A stretch of DNA of 64,000 nt, from the NCBI GenBank assembly GCA_002104945.1, contig MCFH01000002.1, forward strand, positions 1 to 64,000, written 5' to 3'. Source of the stretch: Piromyces finnis finn (lineage: Eukaryota; Fungi; Neocallimastigomycota). Below are positions 43,633 to 57,461 of this stretch, piece after piece. The notes below the pieces were generated by a model. It ran no database searches. It saw nothing but the letters and a program-made list of their open reading frames with translations, and was not told the DNA's origin. The number at the start of each line of letters is the position of its first letter. Position 1 is the first letter of the stretch. The position numbers were made by a program, and so were the translations under genes.

Positions 43633-46374
43633 ATTTTACTAATTGTGGTAAATATCATAATGAATATCTAGAATAGTTTTTTATTATTACCTAATACTTT
43701 TTGAAGTCTATCAATAAATTTATTAATATTGCTTTCTTTTTGTTTGTATTAAATTTTTATAAATACATCATTTTATTTAAATTTAATAAATATTTATCAT
43801 ATTGTTAATAATAATCTTTTTTTTTAAAAAAAAAATATATATATTTTTCATATATATATATAAAATAACATTCTTCCCATTTAATGAAAAAACTAACCAT
43901 CAATTTTAGTATTCAAGATAAAATTATTTAAGCTCTGTTCAATATTTAATAATTTAGTATTCATACTTATTTTTATACCATCTTTAGTATTAACTGGTGT
44001 ATTAATTAATAAATATAAAAGTTCACTTCTCAGATCTTTCATTCTTTTATTTTACACTTTTTTCAATAAAATCAGTAAAATTAGTATATAAAACTAGTAT
44101 TATTTTATTTTATTAATCTTTAAAAAGAAGTTTTTTTCATATTATATATTTTTTAATATAATAAAATACTTTAATAATTTAAATCAATACTTTAATAACT
44201 AATATTTAATAATTATTAAGAAAATTTAATAAAAAAGTTGACCATTATATAGAATTAAAAACTGTATTTCATTATTAACTAATTTTTTTCAAATAATTTA
44301 TTTCATAATGTTTTTACTTTAAAATAGGATGTTAGCATTTAACTTTAAAATATTAAAAAATATATTAAATATTAGAAGTACGCCATTATTTATATAATTT
44401 ATTTTATTTTAAATGTACAAATATATAAATAAAAATATATAGATATATTTTAATAAAAGCTGTTTTCATTATGTAATTCATATTCACTTTAAATTTTTAT
44501 TTTCTTTTTATTGAAACTATTTATATTTATTTAATTAAAAATTATATAAAGATAAAGAACATAACGGACATTCTCTCATTTTTTATTATAATTATTAAAA
44601 ATATTATATTATAAAATAAATTAAATACAGAACTAAAAAAAATTGATATTTTTTATCATATTTTATTTAATATATTTGATTTTGTTGCTACAAATAACTA
44701 TATTTGTATATACAATCGTATATAATTAAATATAAAAAAAAAAAAAAAAAAAAAAAACTATTTTTAATAAATGGCTGAAATAATTAAGAAAACATCTTTT
44801 AATTATATAGATCAAAATACATCAATGATAATTTTATAAAAATACTATTATTTTTAATCAAAAGCTCAATCCTTCTAAAAAATTATAAATAAATATTTTC
44901 TTGAAAATCAAACTTTAAAATAATTATTAATAGTAATATAATATAAAAAAAAAATATTTATAATTATATTTAAATAAATAGTAAAAATATAGTATGTATT
45001 AATAGTAATGATTATGTATTAATAAATGTGAAAATAATATATTTTGTTAATATATTGTTAGAAAAGATAGAATGAAAAAGATGCTATATTAAAACTATTG
45101 CAACCTGTCTATTATTTTTAATCAACCTTAAAATTTCAAAATTAATATAAAAAGTTTAAACATAATAATTTTATTTTTTTTATAATATTCATAAATTATA
45201 ATATATATCAGCATTTTAAGTGACATGTTGTTAATCAGCTGAATTATAAATATTTATTATCTGTTTTTCTATTTTTGATACTTATAATCTAAATTACTTA
45301 AAATTTTCAATAATCATTTTAAGAACAACAGTTATTTTTAGATTATTATTTAAATAAAAAAAGAAAATATATTTCATTAAAATTAATAAGGAAAAATAAA
45401 TATATCCTCCAAAAAGGATATATATATAGATAAATATCAATTCTATTTTATAATAATATATATATATTAATATTTTTTAAACCTAATAATTACAGTTAGA
45501 TTAAATTAAAATTGTTACCAATACTTTTGAAATTTTCTAGGAATCCAAATATATTTTAAAAATGAATAATAAATTAAATTAAAATATTTTATTTTCCGAT
45601 TAAAAGTAAAATCCTCACATGAAAAAAGTAGTAATATTAAAATTATATATATAAAGTTTAATTTTAAATTTTTTTAATAATAATATGATTCTCGAAACAT
45701 TTTTTATTATGACATTATATGATATTATATATTATTATTTATTGATATTAAGAACTATTAGTTTTTAATTATATAGTTTAACATATATATATTTTATGTA
45801 CTCTTTTAAAACTTCTATTAGCCATTTTTTGCTTTATGATTTAAGATAAGAAATTTTAATGAATATAAAAATTTTGTTTCTAATAAAAACCCATTCTTTT
45901 TTTTATTTTTTCTTTTTTTTTTAAAAAAAATCTATTTTTATCTTAAAATAAAAAAAGATAAATAAAGGTAAAGAAAAAAAATGTACATGTAATAATCATT
46001 TAATTATTAAAAATTTCCTTTCTATTCTTTTTTTAAACTATTCTTTTTTTGTTATTAAAACTTTATTAATTACAATTTTATTTTTACTTAGCTTCTTGTA
46101 CCCATTTTTTATTTTTGAAAATATTATAGTAGTAACCTTATTTCATATTATTTTAAATTTTCATTTTTTAAATAAATAGCAAATAATTTCTTTTCCTTTT
46201 TTTTTATACATAAAATAAAAAAATAAAATATATATAATTAACTTAAAAAAAAAAAAAAAAAGAATTAAAAGATAAATATTTGTATATATATTTAAAGTAC
46301 TTAAATAATACTATTTATTTATAATAAAAATAATAAATAAAAGTATTTATAAAATAATTGAATATTAATTAAAA

Positions 46375-49300
46375 ATGAAAACTAAAACCAAAGTACTTAA
46401 TTTGTAAGTAATATTAAAATAATAAATTAATGTTTAAAAGTTAACAATAATAACAATCAAAAAAAATTTATTTTATAATTTTTTTAAAATAAGAATTGGT
46501 TTACTGGGTTGTTCATTATTATGCATTTATAATGTAAATGCAGCCGGACTTCCAAGTTGTGTGTATGAAAGTGGAAAAATTTCAGCTTCATCTCCATCAC
46601 CATGTTTTGATGAAACTAAAGGTTGTTTATATGATAATAATAATTGTAGTACTACCGAAGGAAATTACTTTTTCTTAAAAAGTAATGATAGTTATGTAAA
46701 GTATACAAGAAATGATAAAAGTGGAACTGCTATTCAATTTGGATATGTTTGTGCCAATTCTAAATGTTCTTTAATTGAAAATGCAGGCATATACAAAGTT
46801 GAAACGGGTGTTTTTATAAATACATATAAAAATAATAACTCTGTAAGTTACCAAATATGTGATATAACCAATTATGACTATTCTATAGCAATAAAGAACA
46901 ATGGAGCTAATAATGGTTCATTAAGAGATGCTCTTATTTTATGTGAATCAGATAGCTGTGTATATAGAAGCCCAAATGAAGGTGATGTTTATATGACAAC
47001 TGAAAGTAATATATTAAAATGTAATAGTAAGACATGTACAGGACAACAAACAGATTCCGCTATCTTTATAAACGCCGCTGCAGAAAGTGGATCAAGTAGT
47101 CAATTAATTAAATGTACTGCTGGAAGCTCCTCAGCAACATGTAAATTAGCTTCCGGAAATAGTAATAAATATTATATGAATGGAATGAGTGCCAAGTCAA
47201 TTATTTACTGTAATGATAGTAATTCATGCAAAGTATATAAAGACGTTGAAGATTCTTATTATCTTAATGGTAATGAAGATAAAGAACAATTAATTAGTTG
47301 TCATAATGGATCTTGTTCACTTCAAAAAGGATTAGAAAATGGCCATTATCTCACAATGCCTTTATCATCAAATGAATCAAAGATATATAATGTTATTGAA
47401 TGTGTTAAAGAAAGCGAAAAAATAGTATGCAAAGTTAATTCAAGAGAATCTCAAGGATATTATAGAAATTATGATGAAAATACAAATTCTACATCTCCAC
47501 TTATTCAATGTACTTCATCAAACTGTTCTTCATTAAAACTAGGACAAGATATTCTTCCAGGTTATTATGTAGATATATCTGATGGAAATGCAAATATATT
47601 AGTTTGTAATGAAAATAGCTGTGAAGATGATTCCACCTCTAAGACTTATACAAGTTCCTCTCCAATTATAAATGGTAATTACGTTTTTAAAGATGGTAAT
47701 TTACAACTTGTTATTAATACTAAGGCTGAAATAGATGATAATAAGTATTCTGCAATTAACAGTAATAGTTCAGACGAAGAAGCTCATTATTATTATGTTG
47801 AGGTTTCAAATACTAAAGGTTTTCCTGGTATTAATGCTCAAACAACTACTCTATTCAAAGTTTCAAAATATTATATTGCAAGAGTTATTTCTGATGGTGC
47901 CATATTTGTTAGCGATACTGACAATAAAATTACTAAAAGTGGCACACCAGGAACAGAAACTACAATCTACAATTGTGTTAAATCTAAAAAAACCTGTACT
48001 ATAAATAAATCTTGCACAGTTGATACTTATTTCCTTGACAGTATGAACAAAATTGGATACTACTGTAATACAAAAGGAATTATCGAACAAATTACAGCTA
48101 ATGGTTACTATATTGACAGTAGTAATGGTAATAACAAAAGAAACTTAATTCACTGTGAAAATTCTGAATGTACTTCTAGTGTTTCCACAAACTATTATGT
48201 AAATGCTGGCAGCAACAGCTCCTCTAAGCCTTTAATTCATTGTAATAGTAGTATTTGTTATGCTACTTTAGGATCAAATGGTTACTACCTTAGTGGTTCA
48301 AAAATTGATGGAAACTATGGAATTATTAATTGTTCTTCATCCACTTCATGTGCAGAAGTATCAATTAACAGTATTAAAAGAAATGAACACTACTATATTA
48401 ATAATGGTGGTGATAATGTTCAAAAGCCTTTAATTCAATGTAAAAACAAGAGTTGTTTAACAGTCGGTGCCTCTGAAGGTTATTACATTACAAATGATAG
48501 TAGTAATCTTATTAATTGTGAAAATGCCTCTAGTTGTTCCGTTATTTCTGCCTCTGTTGGTTTCTATAATACAGCCGTCACTGTTGATTCTGGAAAAAAA
48601 ATTATTGAATGTTCAAATTTAGCAACTGTTACATGTGAATTAAAGGATGCTAATGTTGGTTATTATGTAGCAAAAACTTCAAATGTTCTTATTAATTGTA
48701 ATTCTACACCATGTAAAGCTGTTACAGTTTCAAATGGTATTTATCGTAGTGCTACCACTAAAGTCATTTCAACTAATAAGAGAGATAGTATTCCAGATGA
48801 AGAAGAAGGAGATGTTAACAATAAGGAAAGATCTAATTCTTCTGTTGTTTACAATATTATTTCTTGTACTAATAGTGGATGTACTGAACTTAGCACCTCT
48901 GAATTATCTTCCATTCCAGTTTGTACTTTCAATAATAATAAATGTTTCATCAATAACAAAGTTAGTATAAGTACTACTACCGTAAGTTCAATTTCTGCTG
49001 GTGGTTATTGTACCAATAGTGACCGTTCCATATTTTATTTTGCAACTGATTCAATTGTTATTGATCCATATATTATTGATGGTACTACCTCTATTTACAC
49101 CTATACAACTACTACTACTAACTGTATTGAAGCCGTTGACAAATATAGTAATAATTATTACACTGTTGGCAGTAGTATTTATAAAGTTAAAGAGAGTAGT
49201 ATTTCTCAATTAGTTGCTACTGGTTACTATTTCATTAATGTTGAATATAATACATTAGTTTCAAGTAATTCCATTGAGAATTACAATAATGAAAAAGTTA

Positions 49301-50631
49301 AACTTTTCAAGTGTAATGATAATAGTTGTACTATTATTGATAAATCAGAAATTGTCACATACTTTGCTGATATCAACAAGAGAATTATTATGTTTAATCC
49401 AAATAGTGATTCTTACTCATTCGCTTATGAAAATGATGTTATATGTATATACTCTAATAATAAGTGTACACCAAGAGAAGATATTAAAAATATGGAATTT
49501 TGTATTACTTACAAGGGAGAACTCTGTTTAGTAACTAATGATATTAAATCTCGTGAAACTGGTGAATGTTACAAAGCTGACAGTATTACTTCCAAAATTT
49601 ATGGATTATCTCAATATATGTATTCTATGAATGCATTCGCTGCAGAAAGAATTACTGATACCGCCTATTATGTTATTAGTTTATCTACAAACAGTACTGC
49701 CACTACTAGAGACTATGATGGAAGAACAAACTCTCTTAGAATTTACGGTTGTCTTGAATCAAAGTGTGATATTCAAGAACCAGAACAAGGTGTTTACTAT
49801 TATGATAGTATCAGCAGATACATGTTCAGATATGATGGAGAAAAATGGAATTCACCACAAAGTTCTGGTTATGCTTTAATTAGTATTAATTCTGGGGATA
49901 CCTACATTAATAGATTCAGCTTAAATAATAATAGAACTATAATTGATGGAAAGGTTAAAAGTGGTTACTACTACACCATTGATAAGGAAATGTATGAATG
50001 TGATCAAGAAAAGTATTTATGTGAAAAGATTACAAATAGTGGTTATTACTTCACTGTTAGTGGTGAAATTTATCAATGTATCTATGATTCCGAAGGATTA
50101 GAAGCAACTGAATGTGTTAAAAAGAACTGTATTGTAGGTCAATACTATTACTTAAACTCTAAATACTATTACTGTAGTTCCGGTTACATGCTTAACCTTG
50201 TTTCTGACAAGACTTGTGAATATGATGATAAAGTTATTATTAACTTCCCAGTAGCATTCAGTGAATCTAATCCAGATAAGATCAAGAGTGCTGTCGAAAG
50301 TGTTTCTATAGTTAATAATTCTACTGCTGTTGTTACTAACATTAATAATAAGTATATCACTTCTGTTTCTGGAGTTTTCACCAATTGTACTTATACCGTT
50401 GAAGAAAAGGATAGTGAATTTGATTTAGTATGTGTTAATAACTATGTTGCTGTTAATGACAAAACTGATAACATTGAAATTTGTTCTCTTACCAGTATGG
50501 GATATACTGAATGTATTGATGATGAAAATAATCCAGAAAAATGTAACCCAAGTGGTGCTATTTCTCAATATAAAAAAGGACTTACTTTCATTTTATCTCT
50601 TGTAATTTCTTCCCTTCTTTTCTTCATTTAA
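46375..50631 (+). CDS. Secreted/surface-anchored Cys-rich repeat protein, fungal cellulosome scaffoldin-like (copy 2)
   Basis: The 4.1-kb ORF has GYY..N...LIxC..C repeats. The frame extends upstream through a signal peptide (IGLLGCSLLCIYNVNA-AGLPSC). A putative micro-exon MKTKTK at 46375-46392 is followed by a 48-nt intron. The C-terminus CNPSGA plus a hydrophobic tail is GPI-signal-like. It is clearly paralogous to 20989-25264. Confidence 0.8.
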
Positions 50632-51348
50632 ATGTAATTAATTAAAAAATAGAAATATAATTTATTTCTTCATTTTGTTTTTCAAGTATTTCTTATTTTA
50701 ATTATAAATAAGAAATGATTTTAATTAAAATTCAAATATAAAATTCAATGCAACAATCATAATACAAACAAAATTCAACTAACTCAAAATTAAAATCAAG
50801 AAAACATATATTTCATTTTCAAAAAATATTTAATAAATGTATAATTGTAATTTGTATATTTTGTAATTTCAATTTAATAAAAATTATGTAAATAATTTAT
50901 GATTTTGTATAAAAAAATAAAAAAATAAAATAAAATATAATAAAAAAAAAAAATTATAACAATAATAATTGGTTTGGGGAAATAAATTTTTGAAATAGAA
51001 TTAAAATAGCAAAATATGGAATAATATTCAAAGCACTATTATAATCTGTTCGTTAGTATTATTTAATAATAAAATATAATAGTAATATTAAAATGAAGTA
51101 TAATAAAATTATTATTATTTAAAGTATACAAATATTAAAAGTCTATTTAATTTAATGGAACTTTTGGTTTAATAATTATTAAATAATATTAATAAATATT
51201 ATTAATTAATTTCATTTTGTTAAAATCTTTAATATATAATTTTTATATTTGAAAAGTTAAAAATCTCTCTTTTCCAACTTATTATTTCATGAGCAAAATG
51301 AATTCTTCGTTATTATTTAATTACAATACTAAATACATTGTAACATTA

Positions 51349-51350
51349 AT

Positions 51351-51401
<51 letters not shown>

Positions 51402-51403
51402 TT
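51349..51403. repeat. (TTTA)n microsatellite upstream of POL5
   Basis: Perfect TTTA run read directly from the sequence. Confidence 0.85.
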
Positions 51404-51512
51404 AATTTTAATAACATATTTTAAAAAAAATAAATATTAAAATTATTTTTTTTAGTTTTGAATTAATTTGATAAAATTTAATTGGCCAATTTTTTTTACA
51501 AATAAAAAAAAA

Positions 51513-51544
<32 letters not shown>

Positions 51545-51597
51545 AAATAAACTTCAAAAATATTTATAGAAAATTTAAACAATAATATATTTATAAT

Positions 51598-54500
51598 ATG
51601 TCTACATTACAATATTACTGGGGTTTAGCTTCAATAAATACAGAAGATAGAAATAAAGCTGCTGTATCACTAATAAAAGCTTTATATCAATTTCAAGAAC
51701 AACATCAAGAGGAAAATAAAGATAATTGGGATGAATATTTAAAAGACACTTCCATTGAACGTTTAGAAACTCTTTGTTCACCTGATGTTCTTTATGCTTT
51801 AAAACGTTTAATTCGTGGAATTACTTCATCAAGAGATAGTTCAAGACAAGGTTTTTCAGTTGCTTTAACTGAAGTAAAATAAATAATTTAAATTTTATTA
51901 ATTTTAAATTTAAAATTTTAAATAAAATAATCTATTTAAAAAATATATATATATATTTAAACTAAAGATATTATTTTATATTTTATATTATTTTATAACA
52001 GTTACTCTCTATGTTATCATTCATTACAATTTCAGATGTTTTAACCTTGTTAGAAAAGGCTACTGAAATTACTAATGGAATGAAAGCACAAGTACATTCA
52101 TTATTCATTATTAATTTTTAATCCAAATAAAAATTTATAAAATTCATCAAATAAATTATACTAATTCTTGCTTTAATATATTTTATCTATATATATTAAT
52201 ATGATTATATAACAATTAAAATATATATTTACAGGAAGAAAAAGAAATGTTATTTGGTAAATTATTTGGTGTTGCTTCAATTATTCAATCAGGAATCATA
52301 GAACATCCAAATACTACAGAAGATGAATTAAAAAAAATATTTGAATATCTCTTAATATGTTCTAATAAAAAATCATACTTAAAAGAATCAAGCTTCAAAA
52401 TTATTATATTACTTTTTGCCCAGGTTAATATAAAGCTTTTAATAGATAATATAAATAGAACTATTATTTTAATAAAATATTTTATTTGGATTCAGCAATA
52501 TTTTATTTTATAATTTAAAATATTATAAAATTAATTAAATTGAGTTAAAATTTAAGATTTACAATATAAACTAATTTTATATTTTTTCAATAATTTAAAA
52601 TAAATTGTTTAATAATTAGATAAAAAAAATAAATAATGAAAATATTTTAAATTACATAATTAATGAAATATTAAAAGATGGTGTTAATACTCCAGAAGAA
52701 CTTGCATTTACTATTAAAGCTCAAGAATTATATCCATCTTTCGATTATTCTAAAATTATTAACTGGAAATATGTCAATGTTTTACATTATTCAAATTCAT
52801 CAAAATTAACTACTATATTAAAGGTTTGGAAAGCAAATGAAATTATTTTATTTTAACTAAAATATCAATAGATTTATTTTATTTTATTTAAAATTATTCA
52901 TTAACTTATATTATAATTATGATAAATTATAATATAGGAATCTTCATACACTCATCCACATATTCACTTTGTTTGGAATATTATATTCGACAAATTATTT
53001 AATAATGAAAATAAAGATATTATATCACTTCAAGATTTATGGTTAACTGTTGTTGATGGTATTTTATTATTTTTATATATTTATTATTTTAATTCAATAA
53101 ATAAAATATTTATTACTAAATAAATAATAATTGAATAATTAAATTTTTAAATATTTATAAATTTAAAAAATTATGATATTAACAACAATTAAATGAAAGA
53201 ATGCTTATTCAATTCCACATACGAAAGAAAATACCTTGGTTTCTCTTTATTCAAAATTATTTTACCAAAAGTTTCAACTGAAAAAATTCCATTCATTTTT
53301 GCCCCAAACTTTATGCGTTCATTAATCAACAATCTTTCAATTAATAAGACTTATCTTCATAAATTAGCTGTTCAATTAATTCAAGATCTTGTTGAAACTG
53401 CATCCAAGGATTCAAGTGTTGCAATTGCATTAGTAGCTCAATTAACTGGTAAACACGGTCACCAAAACTTCGATAAAATTACCAAAACTAAAACTATTGA
53501 TTCTATAATTTCTACCTTAAACACCGATGGAATTAAATCATACATTGACTATTTAAGAAATATTTTCTTAGATCAAGATAAGTAAGTAAATAATTTTTAA
53601 ATATTAGATTATCATATTTATTCAAATATTAAATAATTCCAAAAACTTCATATATTCAAAATTTAAAATTCATATGATAGCTTTGAAATTGATGCTAAAA
53701 AGGTTGAAGCCCATCGTATCTGGGTTGTTGATCAATTAGTTTCTATAATTAAGAATCAAAAGATTCCAAAAGATAGTGATGTTTACCTTAGAATCTTTGA
53801 ATTCCTTTTCATTAATGGTTTCTGTGTTGTAGAAAAAGAAAGTAAGAAGGCTTTCACTGATAACCTTAAAACTTTACCAAAACCAGAAGTTTCTGAAAAA
53901 ACTCAAGATCTTTGTCGTAGTCGTTTCCAAACTGTTTTAGGTGAATCCTTAAATTCCCCAGCTCTTACTTCTTCTGAAGAAGTTGCACCATCTATTCAAC
54001 TTTTACAAGTTATTGATAAATTAAATTCAGCTAAAAACGTTAAATTCTTAACTGAATTTGATAAAGAAGCTAAGGCTGCTAAAACTAGTGCTAAGAGTAC
54101 TATTAATACTATCAACAAAAAGGTAAATAAAAAGAATTAATAATAAAAGAAAGTTTATGATAGAATTATAAAAAGTATTAATTTATATTAATTCTTTTCT
54201 AATTAATATTATCTCAAAACAAATTTTTTTAAAAAAAAATTATTCTACTTTAGTTATCTCTTACTACTGATAAGGAAGAAATTATTCAATTAAAGGCTTT
54301 CGAAAGTTTATTAGTTCATCTTATTATTTTAATTCATATTGATGCTGCTGAAGCTGTTTCAAACATTGATGATATTGTTAACTGTTATATTAGAATATTC
54401 CCAGAAGAAACCAAAAAGTCTAAGAAAAGTAAAGTATCAAATAAATAAAATAAGCCACTTAAAAAATCAAAGCAATATTAAGATAATATCATTTGATAAA

Positions 54501-56488
54501 GAATCACATTTCTGTTTTAAAAATAATAATATATTAATTGTTAAAATATAATTATATTTATAGATGCTGCTAAAAAGGAAGACGAAGAAGAAGCTAACCC
54601 AATTGAAGTTCTTGTTGATGTTTTACTTAGTTTCTTATTAAAACCATCTTTATTATTAAGAAATCTTACTGAAAAGGTCTTTAAGGCTTTCTGTAGTAAG
54701 CTTACCAAGAATGCTATTACTTTAATTATTAATGTAAGTTTTCATACCTAAAAAAAAATACTAAAGATAATTAAAAAAAAAATGAAAAAAAAATAATTAT
54801 AACATATAAAAACTTGATTTATTAATTAAATAATAATATCAATAAAATTAGGTTTTAAACCCAGAAGAAAGTGCTGCTGTTATTGAAGAAAATAATGATG
54901 AAGATGAAGATGGTATGGATGTTGATGAAGAAGATGGTGATATTGTCATGGAAGATGGTGATGATGATGATGACGACGACTTAGATATTGATGAAGATGA
55001 TGATAATGAAGAAGTAGATGAAGAATTAAGAAGAAAGATTCAAGCTGTATTACAAAAGAAGGATCCAAACTCAAATGAAAATCTTGATGACGAAGAAGAA
55101 TTACCAGATTTAGATGATGATGAAATGCTCGACTTTGATGAAAAATTGGCTGAAATCTTCAAACAAAGAAAAATTATTAAGAATAGTAGAAGAGGTAAAT
55201 ATTATTTTAAATGATTTAAAAGTTGTTTTTTTTTTTTTTTTCTTTTAATGATTATATTTTCATAAAATATACATATATATATATTTTATACCATATGATT
55301 AATTATTTTTTTTCTTTTTTTTTTTTTTTCTTATTCTTATTTCACAATGAAATAAAATTTGGAAATATTAATAGATTCTAAACAACAAATTCTTCACTTT
55401 AAGTTTAAGGTTTTAGAAATGTTAGATATCTTTATCAAGAAACAATCCACTAATGTTTTAGTATTAGAATTAGTAATGCCATTACTTCACTTAGTCAAGC
55501 AACTCTATGGTAGTCATGAACAACAACAACTTTACGAAAGAGTTCAATCCCTCCTCAAAAACAAGTTATTAAAAATTAAGGATTATCCAAAGAATGATGA
55601 TGTCAACACAGAAGAATTATTTAATTTATTAGAAGAAGTCAATAAATTTGCTGAAAAGTGTAGTGAACCTGAACTTTGCAACTTAGCTGGTGAAGCATCT
55701 ATCTTTGTTGTCAAGGTCATTCTTGGTAACAATGTCCAAAAGGTAGAATCTTCTCCAAAGAAGGCTAAGAAGGCAAAATCAGAAGATACTGCTACTGCTA
55801 ATAACACTCATCCAAATTATGACAGTAAGATTTTAAAGCGTTTAGCTAAATTCCATGGTGATTTATTAGAAAAATTCATGACCAAGAACCACACCAACCT
55901 TCGTCCAGGTCAATTTACAATGATTATTCAACGTTATCCAATGGTTGCATGGGAATTTGTTGATGTTATGGTTGATTACCTTTCACCAAAACCTCTTCCA
56001 AATTCCAACACTATCAAGGTTTTCCAACTTTCTCAAGCCTACCGTTTCCTTGAAATCTTATTCAATACACTCTCTAAACAAGTAATATATTTTTAACCTT
56101 TCTCTACCCTCTAAATATTATATATTTTAAATTTTTTTTTTTTTTACAAAGATAATATTTTTTATTAATTATATAACTTTTTTTTTTTATTTATCATAAT
56201 GATATGTAGGATGAAGAAAAGTATGTTGCTAAAATAAAATCTATTATTCCAAAGATTAATGCTGCTCAAAAGGAAGTTTGCAACGCTTACCAACAAGTTA
56301 TTACAGTTAATGATAAGGAAGATAATAGTGAAAGAAAGATTACAAAGATTAGTCCACAACGTTTAAAGGATATTACCAAATCACTTAATAATATTTCTAG
56401 AAAGGCTAAAAAGATTGGTAAAGAAGATGCAGCTTTTATTATTGACACTACTGAAATGAATGCTCTCCGCAACAACAAATCAAAGTAA
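51598..56488 (+). CDS. POL5: Pol5/MYBBP1A (DNA polymerase phi family) nucleolar ribosome-biogenesis protein, multi-exon
   Basis: Motifs YALKRLIRGITSSRDSSRQGFSVALTE, LFGKLFG, ERKYLGF, a long acidic tract, LDDDEMLDFDEKLAEIFKQRK and HFKFKVLEMLDIF. The stop codon is at 56486-56488. Confidence 0.9.
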
Positions 56489-56745
56489 ATTAAATAATAA
56501 TGATAAAAAAAAAAAGAATTTTATTATTATTATTTTTATTTTTATTTTTTTCTCTAATGCCATCTTTTAAAAAAGAAAATTGTTATTTTTTATTATTTTT
56601 CAATATTTATAAATATCAAAAAAAATTTTTATTTATTTATATATATACAATTTATATAATAATAGTAGTAAAAAAAAAAAAAAAAAAAAAATCATTGTAA
56701 TCATTAGAAATATTATCCACTCAAAATAATAATAAAAGCCATCGT

Positions 56746-56820
56746 TTATATAATTTATATTATTTATTTATTTATTTATTTATTTGTTTATTTCTTCATT
56801 TAAGCATTTATATAATTTAT

Positions 56821-56852
<32 letters not shown>

Positions 56853-56952
56853 TTTGTTTATTTCTTCATTTAAGCATTTATATAATTTATATTATTTATT
56901 TATTTATTTATTTGTTTGTTTATTTCTTCATTTAAGCATTTATATAATTTAT

Positions 56953-57001
<49 letters not shown>

Positions 57002-57005
57002 GCAT
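56746..57005. repeat. Compound minisatellite: ~62-70-bp unit (CTTCATTTAAGCATTTATATAATTTATATTA + variable (TTTA)n), 3 full copies plus partials
   Basis: The unit anchor recurs at 56794, 56864 and 56926. The spacings of 70 and 62 differ by two TTTA units. Confidence 0.9.
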
Positions 57006-57413
57006 ATCATTATTTGTGACTACACACAGTATGAAAGGGGAGGAATAAAAGAATTTATTTTTAATATGAAAAAAAAAAAAAATAGTAATAACATTAGTAA
57101 TAGATTAAAGATTACGATAAATTCTTTACTTTTGAATATGACAAAGAGAACATTTATAGTGTTCTGAATTCAATGTTAGTATTTCATCAAATGAAAACAT
57201 TAAGAGTTCATGAAAAAATTTAATGGGTATGACACTATCCCATACCTATCCATACCTATGCTTCTTTTTTATTTTATTTAATTTATTAGGTTAGGATCAA
57301 TCCCACACAGTACAAATTGATTATACAGAATTTATCGAAAATTTTTGTGCAATTTTAATAATTATTAAATTTTATTTTAGATATTCATACCTCTATCTTA
57401 TGTATATATATAT

Positions 57414-57461
<48 letters not shown>

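Noticed and set aside
51598-56488. A real DNA polymerase ('DNA polymerase phi')
   Set aside because: The family name is historical. Pol5/MYBBP1A is an ARM/HEAT-like ribosome-biogenesis factor, so there is no functional link to the MTase.
56746-57005. CRISPR-like array
   Set aside because: The 'spacers' are just (TTTA)n of varying length, the context is eukaryotic, and there are no cas genes.
56500-57167. Short hydrophobic ORFs (LFIYLFIY repeats) that look like small membrane peptides
   Set aside because: These are translations of (TTTA)n and poly-A/T tracts.
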